Under the pieces are notes generated by a model. The model did not search any database. It was not told where the DNA came from and saw only the letters and a program-made list of their open reading frames with translations. Shown one piece after another: positions 49,801 to 62,109 of a stretch of 64,000 nucleotides of DNA. Position 1 is the first letter of the stretch; each line of letters begins with the position of its first letter. The stretch spans positions 133,362,001 to 133,426,000 of the forward strand of contig OZ024744.1 of assembly GCA_964016885.1 (NCBI GenBank), written 5' to 3'. The stretch is from Eledone cirrhosa (lineage: Eukaryota). Made by a program: the position numbers and the translations under genes.

Positions 49801-50369
49801 TAAGTTAAGTTGGGGTTAAGTTAAGTTGGGGGTAAGTTAAGTTGGGGTTAAGTTAAGTTGGGGTTAAGTTAAGTTGGGGGTAAGTTAAGTTGGGGGCAAG
49901 TTAAGTTGGGGTTAAGTTAAGTTGGGGTTAAGTTAAGTGGTGGTTATGTTAAGTTGGGGTTAAGTTAAGTTGGGGTTGAGTTAAGTTGGGGTTGAGTGAA
50001 GTTGGGGTTAAGTTAAGTTGGGGTTAATTTATGTTGGGGTTAAGTTAAGTCGGGGTTAAGTTAAGTTGGGGTTGAGTTAAGTTGGGGTTAATTTAAGTTG
50101 GGGCTAAGTTAATTTGTGGTTAAGTTAAGTTGGGGTTAAGTTAAGTTGGGGTTAAGTTAAGTTGGGGTTAAGTTAGGTTGTGGTTAAGTTAAGTTGGGGG
50201 TAAGTTAAGTTGGGGCTAAGTTAAGTTGGGGTTAATTTAAGTTGGGTCTAATTAAGTTGGGGTTAAGTTAAGTTGGGGTTAAGTTAAGTTGGGGTTGAGT
50301 TAATTTGGGGTTAACTTAAGTTGGGGGTACTTAAGTTGGGTTTAAGTTAAGTGGGGTTAAGTTAAGTTG

Positions 50370-53300
50370 GGGTTAATTTAAGTTGGGGTTAAGTTAAGTT
50401 GGGGGTAAGTTAAGTTGGGGGTAAGTTAAGTTGGGGCTAATTTAAGTTGGGTCAAATTAAGTTGGGGTTAATTTAAGTTGGGGTTAAGTTAAGTTGGGGT
50501 TAAATTAAGTTGGGGTTAAGTTAAGTTGGGGTTAAATTAAGTTGGGGTTAAGTTAAGTTGGGGTTAAGTTAAGTTGGGGTTAAGTTAAGTTGGGGGTAAG
50601 TTAAGTTGGTGGTAAGTTAAGTTGGGGGTAAGTTAAGATGGGGTTAAGTTAAGTTGGGGTTAAGTTAATTTGGGGTTAGGGTTAAGTTAAGTTGGGTTGA
50701 GTTAAGTTGGGGTTAAATTAAGTTGGGGTTAAGTTAAGTTGGGGTTAAGTTAAGTTGGGGTTAAGTTAAGATGGGGTTAAGTTAAGTTGGGGTTAAGTTG
50801 GGGTTAAGTTAAGTTAGGGTTAAGTTAAGTTGGGGTTAAGTTGAGTTGGGGTTAAGTTAAGTTGCGGTTAATTTAAGTTGGGGTTAATTTAAGTTGGGGT
50901 TAAGTTAAGTTGGGGTGAAGTTAAGTTGGGGTTAAGTTAAGTTGGGGTTAAGTTAAGTTGGGGTTAAGTTAAGTTGGGGTTAAATTAAGTTGGGGTTAAG
51001 TTAAGTTGGGGTTAAGTTAAGTTGGGGTTAAGTTAAGATGGGGTTAAGTTAAGTTGGGGTTAAGTTGGGGTTAAGTTAAGTTAGGGTTAAGTTAAGTTGC
51101 GGTTGAGTTAAGTTGGGGTTAAGTTAAGTGGTGGTTATGTTAAGTTGGGGTTAAGTTAAGTTGGGGTTAATTTAAATTGGGGTTAAGTTAACTTTGTGGT
51201 TAAGTTAAGTTGGGGTTAAGTTAAGTTGGGGTTAAGTTAAGTTGGGGCTGAGTTAAGTTGGGGATGAGTGAAGTTGGGGTTAAGTTAAGTTGGGGTTAAG
51301 TTAAGTTGTCGTTAAGTTAAGTTGGGTTTGAGTTAAGTTGGTGTTGAGTTAATTTAGGGTTAATTTAAGTTGGGGTTAAGTTAAGTTGGGTTTCAGTTAA
51401 GTTGGGGTTAAGTTAAGTTGGGGTCAAGTTAAGTTGGGGTTAAGTTAAGTTGGGGTTAAGTCAAGTTGGGGTTAAGTTAAGTTAGGGTTAATTTAGTTGG
51501 GGTTAAGTTAAGTTGGGGCTAAGTTAAGTTGGGGCTAAGTTAAGTTGGGGTTAAGTTAAGTTGGGGTTAAGTTAAGGTGGGGTTAATTTAAGTTGGGGCT
51601 GAGTTAAGTTGGGGCTGGGTTAAGTTGGGGTTAAGTTAAGTTGGGGTTGAGTTAAGTTGGGGTTAAGTTAAGTGGGGTTAAGTTAAGTTGGGGCTAAGTT
51701 AAGTTGGGGCTGAGTTAAGTTGGGGCTGAGTTAAGTTGGGGTTAAGTTAAGTTGGGGTTAAGTTAAGTTGGGGTTGAGTTAACTTGGGGTTAAGTTAAGT
51801 TGGGGTTAAGTTAAGTTGGGGTTCAGTTAAGTTGGGGTTAAGTTAAATTGGGGTTAAGTTAAGTTGGGGTTAAGTTAAGTTGGGGTTAAGTTAAGTTGGG
51901 GTTAAGTTAGATTGTGGTTAAGTTAAGTTGGGGTTAATTTAAGTTTGGGTTAAGTTAAGTTGGGGTTAAGTTAAGGCGGGGTTAAGTTGAGTTGGGGTTA
52001 AGTTAAGTTGGGGTTAAGTTAAGTTGGGGTTGAGTTAATTTGGGGTTAACTTAAGTTGGGGGTACTTAAGTTGGGTTTAAGTTAAGTGGGGTTAAGTTAA
52101 GTTGGGGTTAAGTTAAGTTGGGGTTAAGTTAAGTTGGGGTTAAGTTAGGTTGTGGTTAAGTTAAGTTGGGGGTAAGTTAAGTTGGGGGTAAGTTAAGTTG
52201 GTGGTAAGTTAAGTTGGGGGTAGGTTAAGATGGGGTAAGTTAAGTTGGGGTTAAGTTAATTTGGGGTTAAGTTAGGGTTAAGTTAAGTTGGGGTTGAGTT
52301 AAGTTGGGGTTAAGTTAAGTTGGGGTTATGTTAAGTTGGAGTTAAGTTAAGTTGGGGTTAAGTTGAGTTGGGGTTCAGTTAAGTTGCGGTTGATTTAAGT
52401 TGGGGTTAAGTTAAGTTGGGGTTAAGTTAAGTTGGGGTTAAGTTAAGTTGGGGTTAATTTAAGTTGGGGTTAAGTTAAGTTGGGGTTAAGTTAAGTTGGG
52501 GTTAAGTTAAGTTGGGGTTAAGTTAAGTTGGGGTTAAATTAAGTTGGGGTTAAGTTAAGTTGGGGTTAAATTAAGTTGGGGTTAAGATAAGTAGGGGTTA
52601 AGTTAAGTTGGGGTTGAGTTAAGTTGGGGTTGAGTTAATTTGGGGTTAACTTAAGTTGGGGGTACTTAGGTAGGATTTAAGTTAAGTGGGGTTAAGTTAG
52701 GTTGTGGTTAAGTTAAGTTGGGGTTAAGTTAAGTTGGGGTTAATTTAAGTTGGGGGTAAGTTAAGTTGGGGGTAAGTTAAGTTGGGGTTAATTTAAGTTG
52801 GGTCTAATTAAGTTGGGGTTAAGTTAAGTTGGGGTTAAGTTAAGTTGGGGTTAAATTAAGTTGGGGTTAAGTTAAGTTGAGGTTAAATTAAGTTGGGGTT
52901 AAGTTAAGTTGGGGTTAAGTTAAGTTGGGGTTAAGTTAAGTTGGGGGTAAGTTAAGTTAGTGGTAAGTTAAGTTGGGGGTAAGTTAAGATGGGGTTGAGT
53001 TAAGTTGGGGTTGAGTTAAGTTGGGGTTGAGTTAAGTTGGGGTTGAGTTAAGTTGGGGTTGAGTGAAGTTGGGGTTAAGTTAAGTTGGGGTTAATTTATG
53101 TTGGGGTTAAGTTAAGTCGGGGTTAAGTTAAATTGGGGTTGAGTTAAGTTGGGGTTGAGTTAATTTAGGGTTAAGTTAAGTTGGGGTTAAGTTAAGTTGG
53201 GGTTAAGTTAGATTGTGGTTAAGTTAAGTTGGGGTTAATTTAAGTTTGGGTTAAGTTAAGTTGGGGTTAAGTTAAGGCGGGGTTAAGTTGAGTTGGGGTT

Positions 53301-56060
53301 AAGTTAAGTTGGGGTTGAGTTAATTTGGGGTTAACTTAAGTTGGGGGTACTTAAGTTGGGTTTAAGTTAAGTGGGGTTAAGTTAAGTTGGGGTTAAGTTA
53401 AGTTGGGGTTAAGTTAAGTTGGGGTTAAGTTAGGTTGTGGTTAAGTTAAGTTGGGGGTAAGTTAAGTTGGGGGTAAGTTAAGTTGGGGTTAATTTAAGTT
53501 GGGTCTAATTAAGTTGGGGTTAAGTTAAGTTGGGGTTAAGTTAAGTTGGGGTTAATTTAAGTTGGGGTTAAGTTAAGTTGGGGGTAAGTTAAGTTGGGGG
53601 TAAGTTAAGTTGGGGCTAATTTAAGTTGGGTCAAATTAAGTTGGGGTTAATTTAAGTTGGGGTTAAGTTAAGTTGGGGTTAAATTAAGTTGGGGTTAAGT
53701 TAAGTTGGGGTTAAATTAAGTTGGGGTTAAGTTAAGTTGGGGTTAAGTTAAGTTGGGGTTAAGTTAAGTTGGGGGTAAGTTAAGTTGGTGGTAAGTTAAG
53801 TTGGGGGTAAGTTAAGATGGGGTTAAGTTAAGTTGGGGTTAAGTTAATTTGGGGTTAGGGTTAAGTTAAGTTGGGTTGAGTTAAGTTGGGGTTAAATTAA
53901 GTTGGGGTTAAGTTAAGTTGGGGTTAAGTTAAGTTGGGGTTAAGTTAAGATGGGGTTAAGTTAAGTTGGGGTTAAGTTGGGGTTAAGTTAAGTTAGGGTT
54001 AAGTTAAGTTGGGGTTAAGTTGAGTTGGGGTTAAGTTAAGTTGCGGTTAATTTAAGTTGGGGTTAATTTAAGTTGGGGTTAAGTTAAGTTGGGGTGAAGT
54101 TAAGTTGGGGTTAAGTTAAGTTGGGGTTAAGTTAAGTTGGGGTTAAGTTAAGTTGGGGTTAAATTAAGTTGGGGTTAAGTTAAGTTGGGGTTAAGTTAAG
54201 TTGGGGTTAAGTTAAGATGGGGTTAAGTTAAGTTGGGGTTAAGTTGGGGTTAAGTTAAGTTAGGGTTAAGTTAAGTTGCGGTTGAGTTAAGTTGGGGTTA
54301 AGTTAAGTGGTGGTTATGTTAAGTTGGGGTTAAGTTAAGTTGGGGTTAATTTAAATTGGGGTTAAGTTAACTTTGTGGTTAAGTTAAGTTGGGGTTAAGT
54401 TAAGTTGGGGTTAAGTTAAGTTGGGGCTGAGTTAAGTTGGGGATGAGTGAAGTTGGGGTTAAGTTAAGTTGGGGTTAAGTTAAGTTGTCGTTAAGTTAAG
54501 TTGGGTTTGAGTTAAGTTGGGGTTGAGTTAATTTAGGGTTAATTTAAGTTGGGGTTAAGTTAAGTTGGGTTTCAGTTAAGTTGGGGTTAAGTTAAGTTGG
54601 GGTCAAGTTAAGTTGGGGTTAAGTTAAGTTGGGGTTAAGTCAAGTTGGGGTTAAGTTAAGTTAGGGTTAATTTAGTTGGGGTTAAGTTAAGTTGGGGCTA
54701 AGTTAAGTTGGGGCTAAGTTAAGTTGGGGCTAAGTTAAGTTGGGGTTAAGTTAAGTTGGGGTTAAGTTAAGGTGGGGTTAATTTAAGTTGGGGCTGAGTT
54801 AAGTTGGGGCTGAGTTAAGTTGGGGTTAAGTTAAGTTGGGGTTGAGTTAAGTTGGGGTTAAGTTAAGTGGGGTTAAGTTAAGTTGGGGCTAAGTTAAGTT
54901 GGGGCTGAGTTAAGTTGGGGCTGAGTTAAGTTGGGGTTAAGTTAAGTTGGGGTTAAGTTAAGTTGGGGTTGAGTTAACTTGGGGTTAAGTTAAGTTGGGG
55001 TTAAGTTAAGTTGGGGTTCAGTTAAGTTGGGGTTAAGTTAAATTGGGGTTAAGTTAAGTTGGGGTTAAGTTAAGTTGGGGTTAAGTTAAGTTGGGGTTAA
55101 GTTAGATTGTGGTTAAGTTAAGTTGGGGTTAATTTAAGTTTGGGTTAAGTTAAGTTGGGGTTAAGTTAAGGCGGGGTTAAGTTGAGTTGGGGTTAAGTTA
55201 AGTTGGGGTTAAATTAAGTTGGGGTTGAGTTAATTTGGGGTTAACTTAAGTTGGGGGTACTTAAGTTGGGTTTAAGTTAAGTGGGGTTAAGTTAAGTTGG
55301 GGTTAAGTTAAGTTGGGGTTAAGTTAAGTTGGGGTTAAGTTAGGTTGTGGTTAAGTTAAGTTGGGGGTAAGTTAAGTTGGGGGTAAGTTAAGTTGGTGGT
55401 AAGTTAAGTTGGGGGTAAGTTAAGATGGGGTAAGTTAAGTTGGGGTTAAGTTAATTTGGGGTTAAGTTAGGGTTAAGTTAAGTTGGGGTTGAGTTAAGTT
55501 GGGGTTAAGTTAAGTTGGGGTTATGTTAAGTTGGAGTTAAGTTAAGTTGGGGTTAAGTTGAGTTGGGGTTCAGTTAAGTTGCGGTTGATTTAAGTTGGGG
55601 TTAAGTTAAGTTGGGGTTAAGTTAAGTTGGGGTTAAGTTAAGTTGGGGTTAATTTAAGTTGGGGTTAAGTTAAGTTGGGGTTAAGTTAAGTTGGGGTTAA
55701 GTTAAGTTGGGGTTAAGTTAAGTTGGGGTTAAATTAAGTTGGGGTTAAGTTAAGTTGGGGTTAAATTAAGTTGGGGTTAAGATAAGTAGGGGTTAAGTTA
55801 AGTTGGGGTTGAGTTAAGTTGGGGTTGAGTTAATTTGGGGTTAACTTAAGTTGGGGGTACTTAGGTAGGATTTAAGTTAAGTGGGGTTAAGTTAGGTTGT
55901 GGTTAAGTTAAGTTGGGGTTAAGTTAAGTTGGGGTTAATTTAAGTTGGGGGTAAGTTAAGTTGGGGGTAAGTTAAGTTGGGGTTAATTTAAGTTGGGTCT
56001 AATTAAGTTGGGGTTAAGTTAAGTTGGGGTTAAGTTAAGTTGGGGTTAAATTAAGTTGGG
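50370..56060 (+). repeat. Higher-order duplication, offset about 3.18-3.20 kb (about 50370-52870 versus 53550-56060)
   Basis: C of TTGTCG at 51310/54489; bare TTAGGG unit at 50676/53855; GATAAGTAGGGG and TACTTAGGTAGGATT appear in both copies. Confidence 0.8.
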
Positions 56061-59000
56061 GTTAAGTTAAGTTGGGGTTAAGTTAAGTTGGGGTTAAATT
56101 AAGTTGGGGTTAAGTTAAGTTGAGGTTAAATTAAGTTGGGGTTAAGTTAAGTTGGGGTTAAGTTAAGTTGGGGTTAAGTTAAGTTGGGGTTAAGTTAAGT
56201 GGTGGTTATGTTAAGTTGGGGTTAAGTTAAGTTGGGGTTGAGTTAAGTTGGGGTTGAGTTAAGTTGGGGTTGAGTTAAGTTGGGGTTGAGTTAAGTTGGG
56301 GTTGAGTGAAGTTGGGGTTAAGTTAAGTTGGGGTTAATTTATGTTGGGGTTAAGTTAAGTCGGGGTTAAGTTAAGTTGGGGTTAAGTTAAGTTGGGGTTA
56401 AGTTAAATTGGGGTTGAGTTAAGTTGGGGTTGAGTTAATTTAGGGTTAAGTTAAGTTGGGGTTAAGTTAAGTTGGGGTTAAGTTAGATTGTGGTTAAGTT
56501 AAGTTGGGGTTAATTTAAGTTTGGGTTAAGTTAAGTTGGGGTTAAGTTAAGGCGGGGTTAAGTTGAGTTGGGGTTAAGTTAAGTTGGGGTTGAGTTAATT
56601 TGGGGTTAACTTAAGTTGGGGGTACTTAAGTTGGGTTTAAGTTAAGTGGGGTTAAGTTAAGTTGGGGTTAAGTTAAGTTGGGGTTAAGTTAAGTTGGGGT
56701 TAAGTTAGGTTGTGGTTAAGTTAAGTTGGGGGTAAGTTAAGTTGGGGGTAAGTTAAGTTGGGGTTAATTTAAGTTGGGTCTAATTAAGTTGGGGTTAAGT
56801 TAAGTTGGGGTTAAGTTGAGTTGGGGTTGAGTTGGGGTTAAGTTAAGTTAGGGTTAAGTTAAGTTGGGGTTAAGTTGAGTTGGGGTTAAGTTAAGTTGCG
56901 GTTAATTTAAGTTGGGGTTAATTTAAGTTGGGGTTAAGTTAAGTTGGGGTGAAGTTAAGTTGGGGTTAAGTTAAGTTGGGGTTAAGTTAAGTTGGGGTTA
57001 AGTTAAGTTGGGGTTAAATTAAGTTGGGGTTAAGTTAAGTTGGGGTTAAGTTAAGTTGGGGTTAAGTTAAGATGGGGTTAAGTTAAGTTGGGGTTAAGTT
57101 GGGGTTAAGTTAAGTTAGGGTTAAGTTAAGTTGCGGTTGAGTTAAGTTGGGGTTAAGCTAAGTGGTGGTTATGTTAAGTTGGGGTTAAGTTAAGTTGGGG
57201 TTAATTTAAATTGGGGTTAAGTTAACTTTGTGGTTAAGTTAAGTTGGGGTTAAGTTAAGTTGGGGTTAAGTTAAGTTGGGGCTGAGTTAAGTTGGGGTTA
57301 AGTTAAGTTGGGGTTAAGTTAAGTTGGGGTTAAGTTAAGTTGGGGTTAAATTAAGTTGGGGTTAAGTTAAGTTGGGGTTAAATTAAGTTGGGGTTAAGAT
57401 AAGTAGGGGTTAAGTTAAGTTGGGGTTGAGTTAAGTTGGGGTTGAGTTAATTTGGGGTTAACTTAAGTTGGGGGTACTTAGGTAGGATTTAAGTTAAGTG
57501 GGGTTAAGTTAGGTTGTGGTTAAGTTAAGTTGGGGTTAAGTTAAGTTGGGGTTAATTTAAGTTGGGGGTAAGTTAAGTTGGGGGTAAGTTAAGTTGGGGT
57601 TAATTTAAGTTGGGTCTAATTAAGTTGGGGTTAAGTTAAGTTGGGGTTAAGTTAAGTTGGGGTTAAATTAAGTTGGGGTTAAGTTAAGTTGAGGTTAAAT
57701 TAAGTTGGGGTTAAGTTAAGTTGGGGTTAAGTTAAGTTGGGGTTAAGTTAAGTTGGGGGTAAGTTAAGTTAGTGGTAAGTTAAGTTGGGGGTAAGTTAAG
57801 ATGGGGTTGAGTTAAGTTGGGGTTGAGTTAAGTTGGGGTTGAGTTAAGTTGGGGTTGAGTTAAGTTGGGGTTGAGTGAAGTTGGGGTTAAGTTAAGTTGG
57901 GGTTAATTTATGTTGGGGTTAAGTTAAGTCGGGGTTAAGTTAAATTGGGGTTGAGTTAAGTTGGGGTTGAGTTAATTTAGGGTTAAGTTAAGTTGGGGTT
58001 AAGTTAAGTTGGGGTTAAGTTAGATTGTGGTTAAGTTAAGTTGGGGTTAATTTAAGTTTGGGTTAAGTTAAGTTGGGGTTAAGTTAAGGCGGGGTTAAGT
58101 TGAGTTGGGGTTAAGTTAAGTTGGGGTTGAGTTAATTTGGGGTTAACTTAAGTTGGGGGTACTTAAGTTGGGTTTAAGTTAAGTGGGGTTAAGTTAAGTT
58201 GGGGTTAAGTTAAGTTGGGGTTAAGTTAAGTTGGGGTTAAGTTAGGTTGTGGTTAAGTTAAGTTGGGGGTAAGTTAAGTTGGGGGTAAGTTAAGTTGGGG
58301 TTAATTTAAGTTGGGTCTAATTAAGTTGGGGTTAAGTTAAGTTGGGGTTAAGTTAAGTTGGGGTTAATTTAAGTTGGGGTTAAGTTAAGTTGGGGGTAAG
58401 TTAAGTTGGGGGTAAGTTAAGTTGGGGCTAATTTAAGTTGGGTCAAATTAAGTTGGGGTTAATTTAAGTTGGGGTTAAGTTAAGTTGGGGTTAAATTAAG
58501 TTGGGGTTAAGTTAAGTTGGGGTTAAATTAAGTTGGGGTTAAGTTAAGTTGGGGTTAAGTTAAGTTGGGGTTAAGTTAAGTTGGGGGTAAGTTAAGTTGG
58601 TGGTAAGTTAAGTTGGGGGTAAGTTAAGATGGGGTTAAGTTAAGTTGGGGTTAAGTTAATTTGGGGTTAGGGTTAAGTTAAGTTGGGTTGAGTTAAGTTG
58701 GGGTTAAATTAAGTTGGGGTTAAGTTAAGTTGGGGTTAAGTTAAGTTGGGGTTAAGTTAAGATGGGGTTAAGTTAAGTTGGGGTTAAGTTGGGGTTAAGT
58801 TAAGTTAGGGTTAAGTTAAGTTGGGGTTAAGTTGAGTTGGGGTTAAGTTAAGTTGCGGTTAATTTAAGTTGGGGTTAATTTAAGTTGGGGTTAAGTTAAG
58901 TTGGGGTGAAGTTAAGTTGGGGTTAAGTTAAGTTGGGGTTAAGTTAAGTTGGGGTTAAGTTAAGTTGGGGTTAAATTAAGTTGGGGTTAAGTTAAGTTGG

Positions 59001-62000
59001 GGTTAAGTTAAGTTGGGGTTAAGTTAAGATGGGGTTAAGTTAAGTTGGGGTTAAGTTGGGGTTAAGTTAAGTTAGGGTTAAGTTAAGTTGCGGTTGAGTT
59101 AAGTTGGGGTTAAGTTAAGTGGTGGTTATGTTAAGTTGGGGTTAAGTTAAGTTGGGGTTAATTTAAATTGGGGTTAAGTTAACTTTGTGGTTAAGTTAAG
59201 TTGGGGTTAAGTTAAGTTGGGGTTAAGTTAAGTTGGGGCTGAGTTAAGTTGGGGATGAGTGAAGTTGGGGTTAAGTTAAGTTGGGGTTAAGTTAAGTTGT
59301 CGTTAAGTTAAGTTGGGTTTGAGTTAAGTTGGGGTTGAGTTAATTTAGGGTTAATTTAAGTTGGGGTTAAGTTAAGTTGGGTTTCAGTTAAGTTGGGGTT
59401 AAGTTAAGTTGGGGTCAAGTTAAGTTGGGGTTAAGTTAAGTTGGGGTTAAGTCAAGTTGGGGTTAAGTTAAGTTAGGGTTAATTTAGTTGGGGTTAAGTT
59501 AAGTTGGGGCTAAGTTAAGTTGGGGCTAAGTTAAGTTGGGGCTAAGTTAAGTTGGGGTTAAGTTAAGTTGGGGTTAAGTTAAGGTGGGGTTAATTTAAGT
59601 TGGGGCTGAGTTAAGTTGGGGCTGAGTTAAGTTGGGGTTAAGTTAAGTTGGGGTTGAGTTAAGTTGGGGTTAAGTTAAGTGGGGTTAAGTTAAGTTGGGG
59701 CTAAGTTAAGTTGGGGCTGAGTTAAGTTGGGGCTGAGTTAAGTTGGGGTTAAGTTAAGTTGGGGTTAAGTTAAGTTGGGGTTGAGTTAACTTGGGGTTAA
59801 GTTAAGTTGGGGTTAAGTTAAGTTGGGGTTCAGTTAAGTTGGGGTTAAGTTAAATTGGGGTTAAGTTAAGTTGGGGTTAAGTTAAGTTGGGGTTAAGTTA
59901 AGTTGGGGTTAAGTTAGATTGTGGTTAAGTTAAGTTGGGGTTAATTTAAGTTTGGGTTAAGTTAAGTTGGGGTTAAGTTAAGGCGGGGTTAAGTTGAGTT
60001 GGGGTTAAGTTAAGTTGGGGTTAAATTAAGTTGGGGTTGAGTTAATTTGGGGTTAACTTAAGTTGGGGGTACTTAAGTTGGGTTTAAGTTAAGTGGGGTT
60101 AAGTTAAGTTGGGGTTAAGTTAAGTTGGGGTTAAGTTAAGTTGGGGTTAAGTTAGGTTGTGGTTAAGTTAAGTTGGGGGTAAGTTAAGTTGGGGGTAAGT
60201 TAAGTTGGTGGTAAGTTAAGTTGGGGGTAAGTTAAGATGGGGTAAGTTAAGTTGGGGTTAAGTTAATTTGGGGTTAAGTTAGGGTTAAGTTAAGTTGGGG
60301 TTGAGTTAAGTTGGGGTTAAGTTAAGTTGGGGTTATGTTAAGTTGGAGTTAAGTTAAGTTGGGGTTAAGTTGAGTTGGGGTTCAGTTAAGTTGCGGTTGA
60401 TTTAAGTTGGGGTTAAGTTAAGTTGGGGTTAAGTTAAGTTGGGGTTAAGTTAAGTTGGGGTTAATTTAAGTTGGGGTTAAGTTAAGTTGGGGTTAAGTTA
60501 AGTTGGGGTTAAGTTAAGTTGGGGTTAAGTTAAGTTGGGGTTAAATTAAGTTGGGGTTAAGTTAAGTTGGGGTTAAATTAAGTTGGGGTTAAGATAAGTA
60601 GGGGTTAAGTTAAGTTGGGGTTGAGTTAAGTTGGGGTTGAGTTAATTTGGGGTTAACTTAAGTTGGGGGTACTTAGGTAGGATTTAAGTTAAGTGGGGTT
60701 AAGTTAGGTTGTGGTTAAGTTAAGTTGGGGTTAAGTTAAGTTGGGGTTAATTTAAGTTGGGGGTAAGTTAAGTTGGGGGTAAGTTAAGTTGGGGTTAATT
60801 TAAGTTGGGTCTAATTAAGTTGGGGTTAAGTTAAGTTGGGGTTAAGTTAAGTTGGGGTTAAATTAAGTTGGGGTTAAGTTAAGTTGGGGTTAAGTTAAGT
60901 TGGGGTTAAATTAAGTTGGGGTTAAGTTAAGTTGAGGTTAAATTAAGTTGGGGTTAAGTTAAGTTGGGGTTAAGTTAAGTTGGGGTTAAGTTAAGTTGGG
61001 GTTAAGTTAAGTGGTGGTTATGTTAAGTTGGGGTTAAGTTAAGTTGGGGTTGAGTTAAGTTGGGGTTGAGTTAAGTTGGGGTTGAGTTAAGTTGGGGTTG
61101 AGTTAAGTTGGGGTTGAGTGAAGTTGGGGTTAAGTTAAGTTGGGGTTAATTTATGTTGGGGTTAAGTTAAGTCGGGGTTAAGTTAAGTTGGGGTTAAGTT
61201 AAGTTGGGGTTAAGTTAAATTGGGGTTGAGTTAAGTTGGGGTTGAGTTAATTTAGGGTTAAGTTAAGTTGGGGTTAAGTTAAGTTGGGGTTAAGTTAGAT
61301 TGTGGTTAAGTTAAGTTGGGGTTAATTTAAGTTTGGGTTAAGTTAAGTTGGGGTTAAGTTAAGGCGGGGTTAAGTTGAGTTGGGGTTAAGTTAAGTTGGG
61401 GTTGAGTTAATTTGGGGTTAACTTAAGTTGGGGGTACTTAAGTTGGGTTTAAGTTAAGTGGGGTTAAGTTAAGTTGGGGTTAAGTTAAGTTGGGGTTAAG
61501 TTAAGTTGGGGTTAAGTTAGGTTGTGGTTAAGTTAAGTTGGGGGTAAGTTAAGTTGGGGGTAAGTTAAGTTGGGGTTAATTTAAGTTGGGTCTAATTAAG
61601 TTGGGGTTAAGTTAAGTTGGGGTTAAGTTGAGTTGGGGTTGAGTTGGGGTTAAGTTAAGTTAGGGTTAAGTTAAGTTGGGGTTAAGTTGAGTTGGGGTTA
61701 AGTTAAGTTGCGGTTAATTTAAGTTGGGGTTAATTTAAGTTGGGGTTAAGTTAAGTTGGGGTGAAGTTAAGTTGGGGTTAAGTTAAGTTGGGGTTAAGTT
61801 AAGTTGGGGTTAAGTTAAGTTGGGGTTAAATTAAGTTGGGGTTAAGTTAAGTTGGGGTTAAGTTAAGTTGGGGTTAAGTTAAGATGGGGTTAAGTTAAGT
61901 TGGGGTTAAGTTGGGGTTAAGTTAAGTTAGGGTTAAGTTAAGTTGCGGTTGAGTTAAGTTGGGGTTAAGCTAAGTGGTGGTTATGTTAAGTTGGGGTTAA

Positions 62001-62109
62001 GTTAAGTTGGGGTTAATTTAAATTGGGGTTAAGTTAACTTTGTGGTTAAGTTAAGTTGGGGTTAAGTTAAGTTGGGGTTAAGTTAAGTTGGGGCTGAGTT
62101 AAGTTGGGG
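52474..62109 (+). repeat. Tandem higher-order duplication, period 4,812 bp (2 copies, no differences seen on spot checks)
   Basis: Diagnostic bases: TTAGTGGTAAG at 52959/57771; TTAGGG at 53855/58667; TTGTCG at 54489/59301; AAGCTAAG at 57158/61970. All are at exactly 4,812 bp. Confidence 0.93.
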
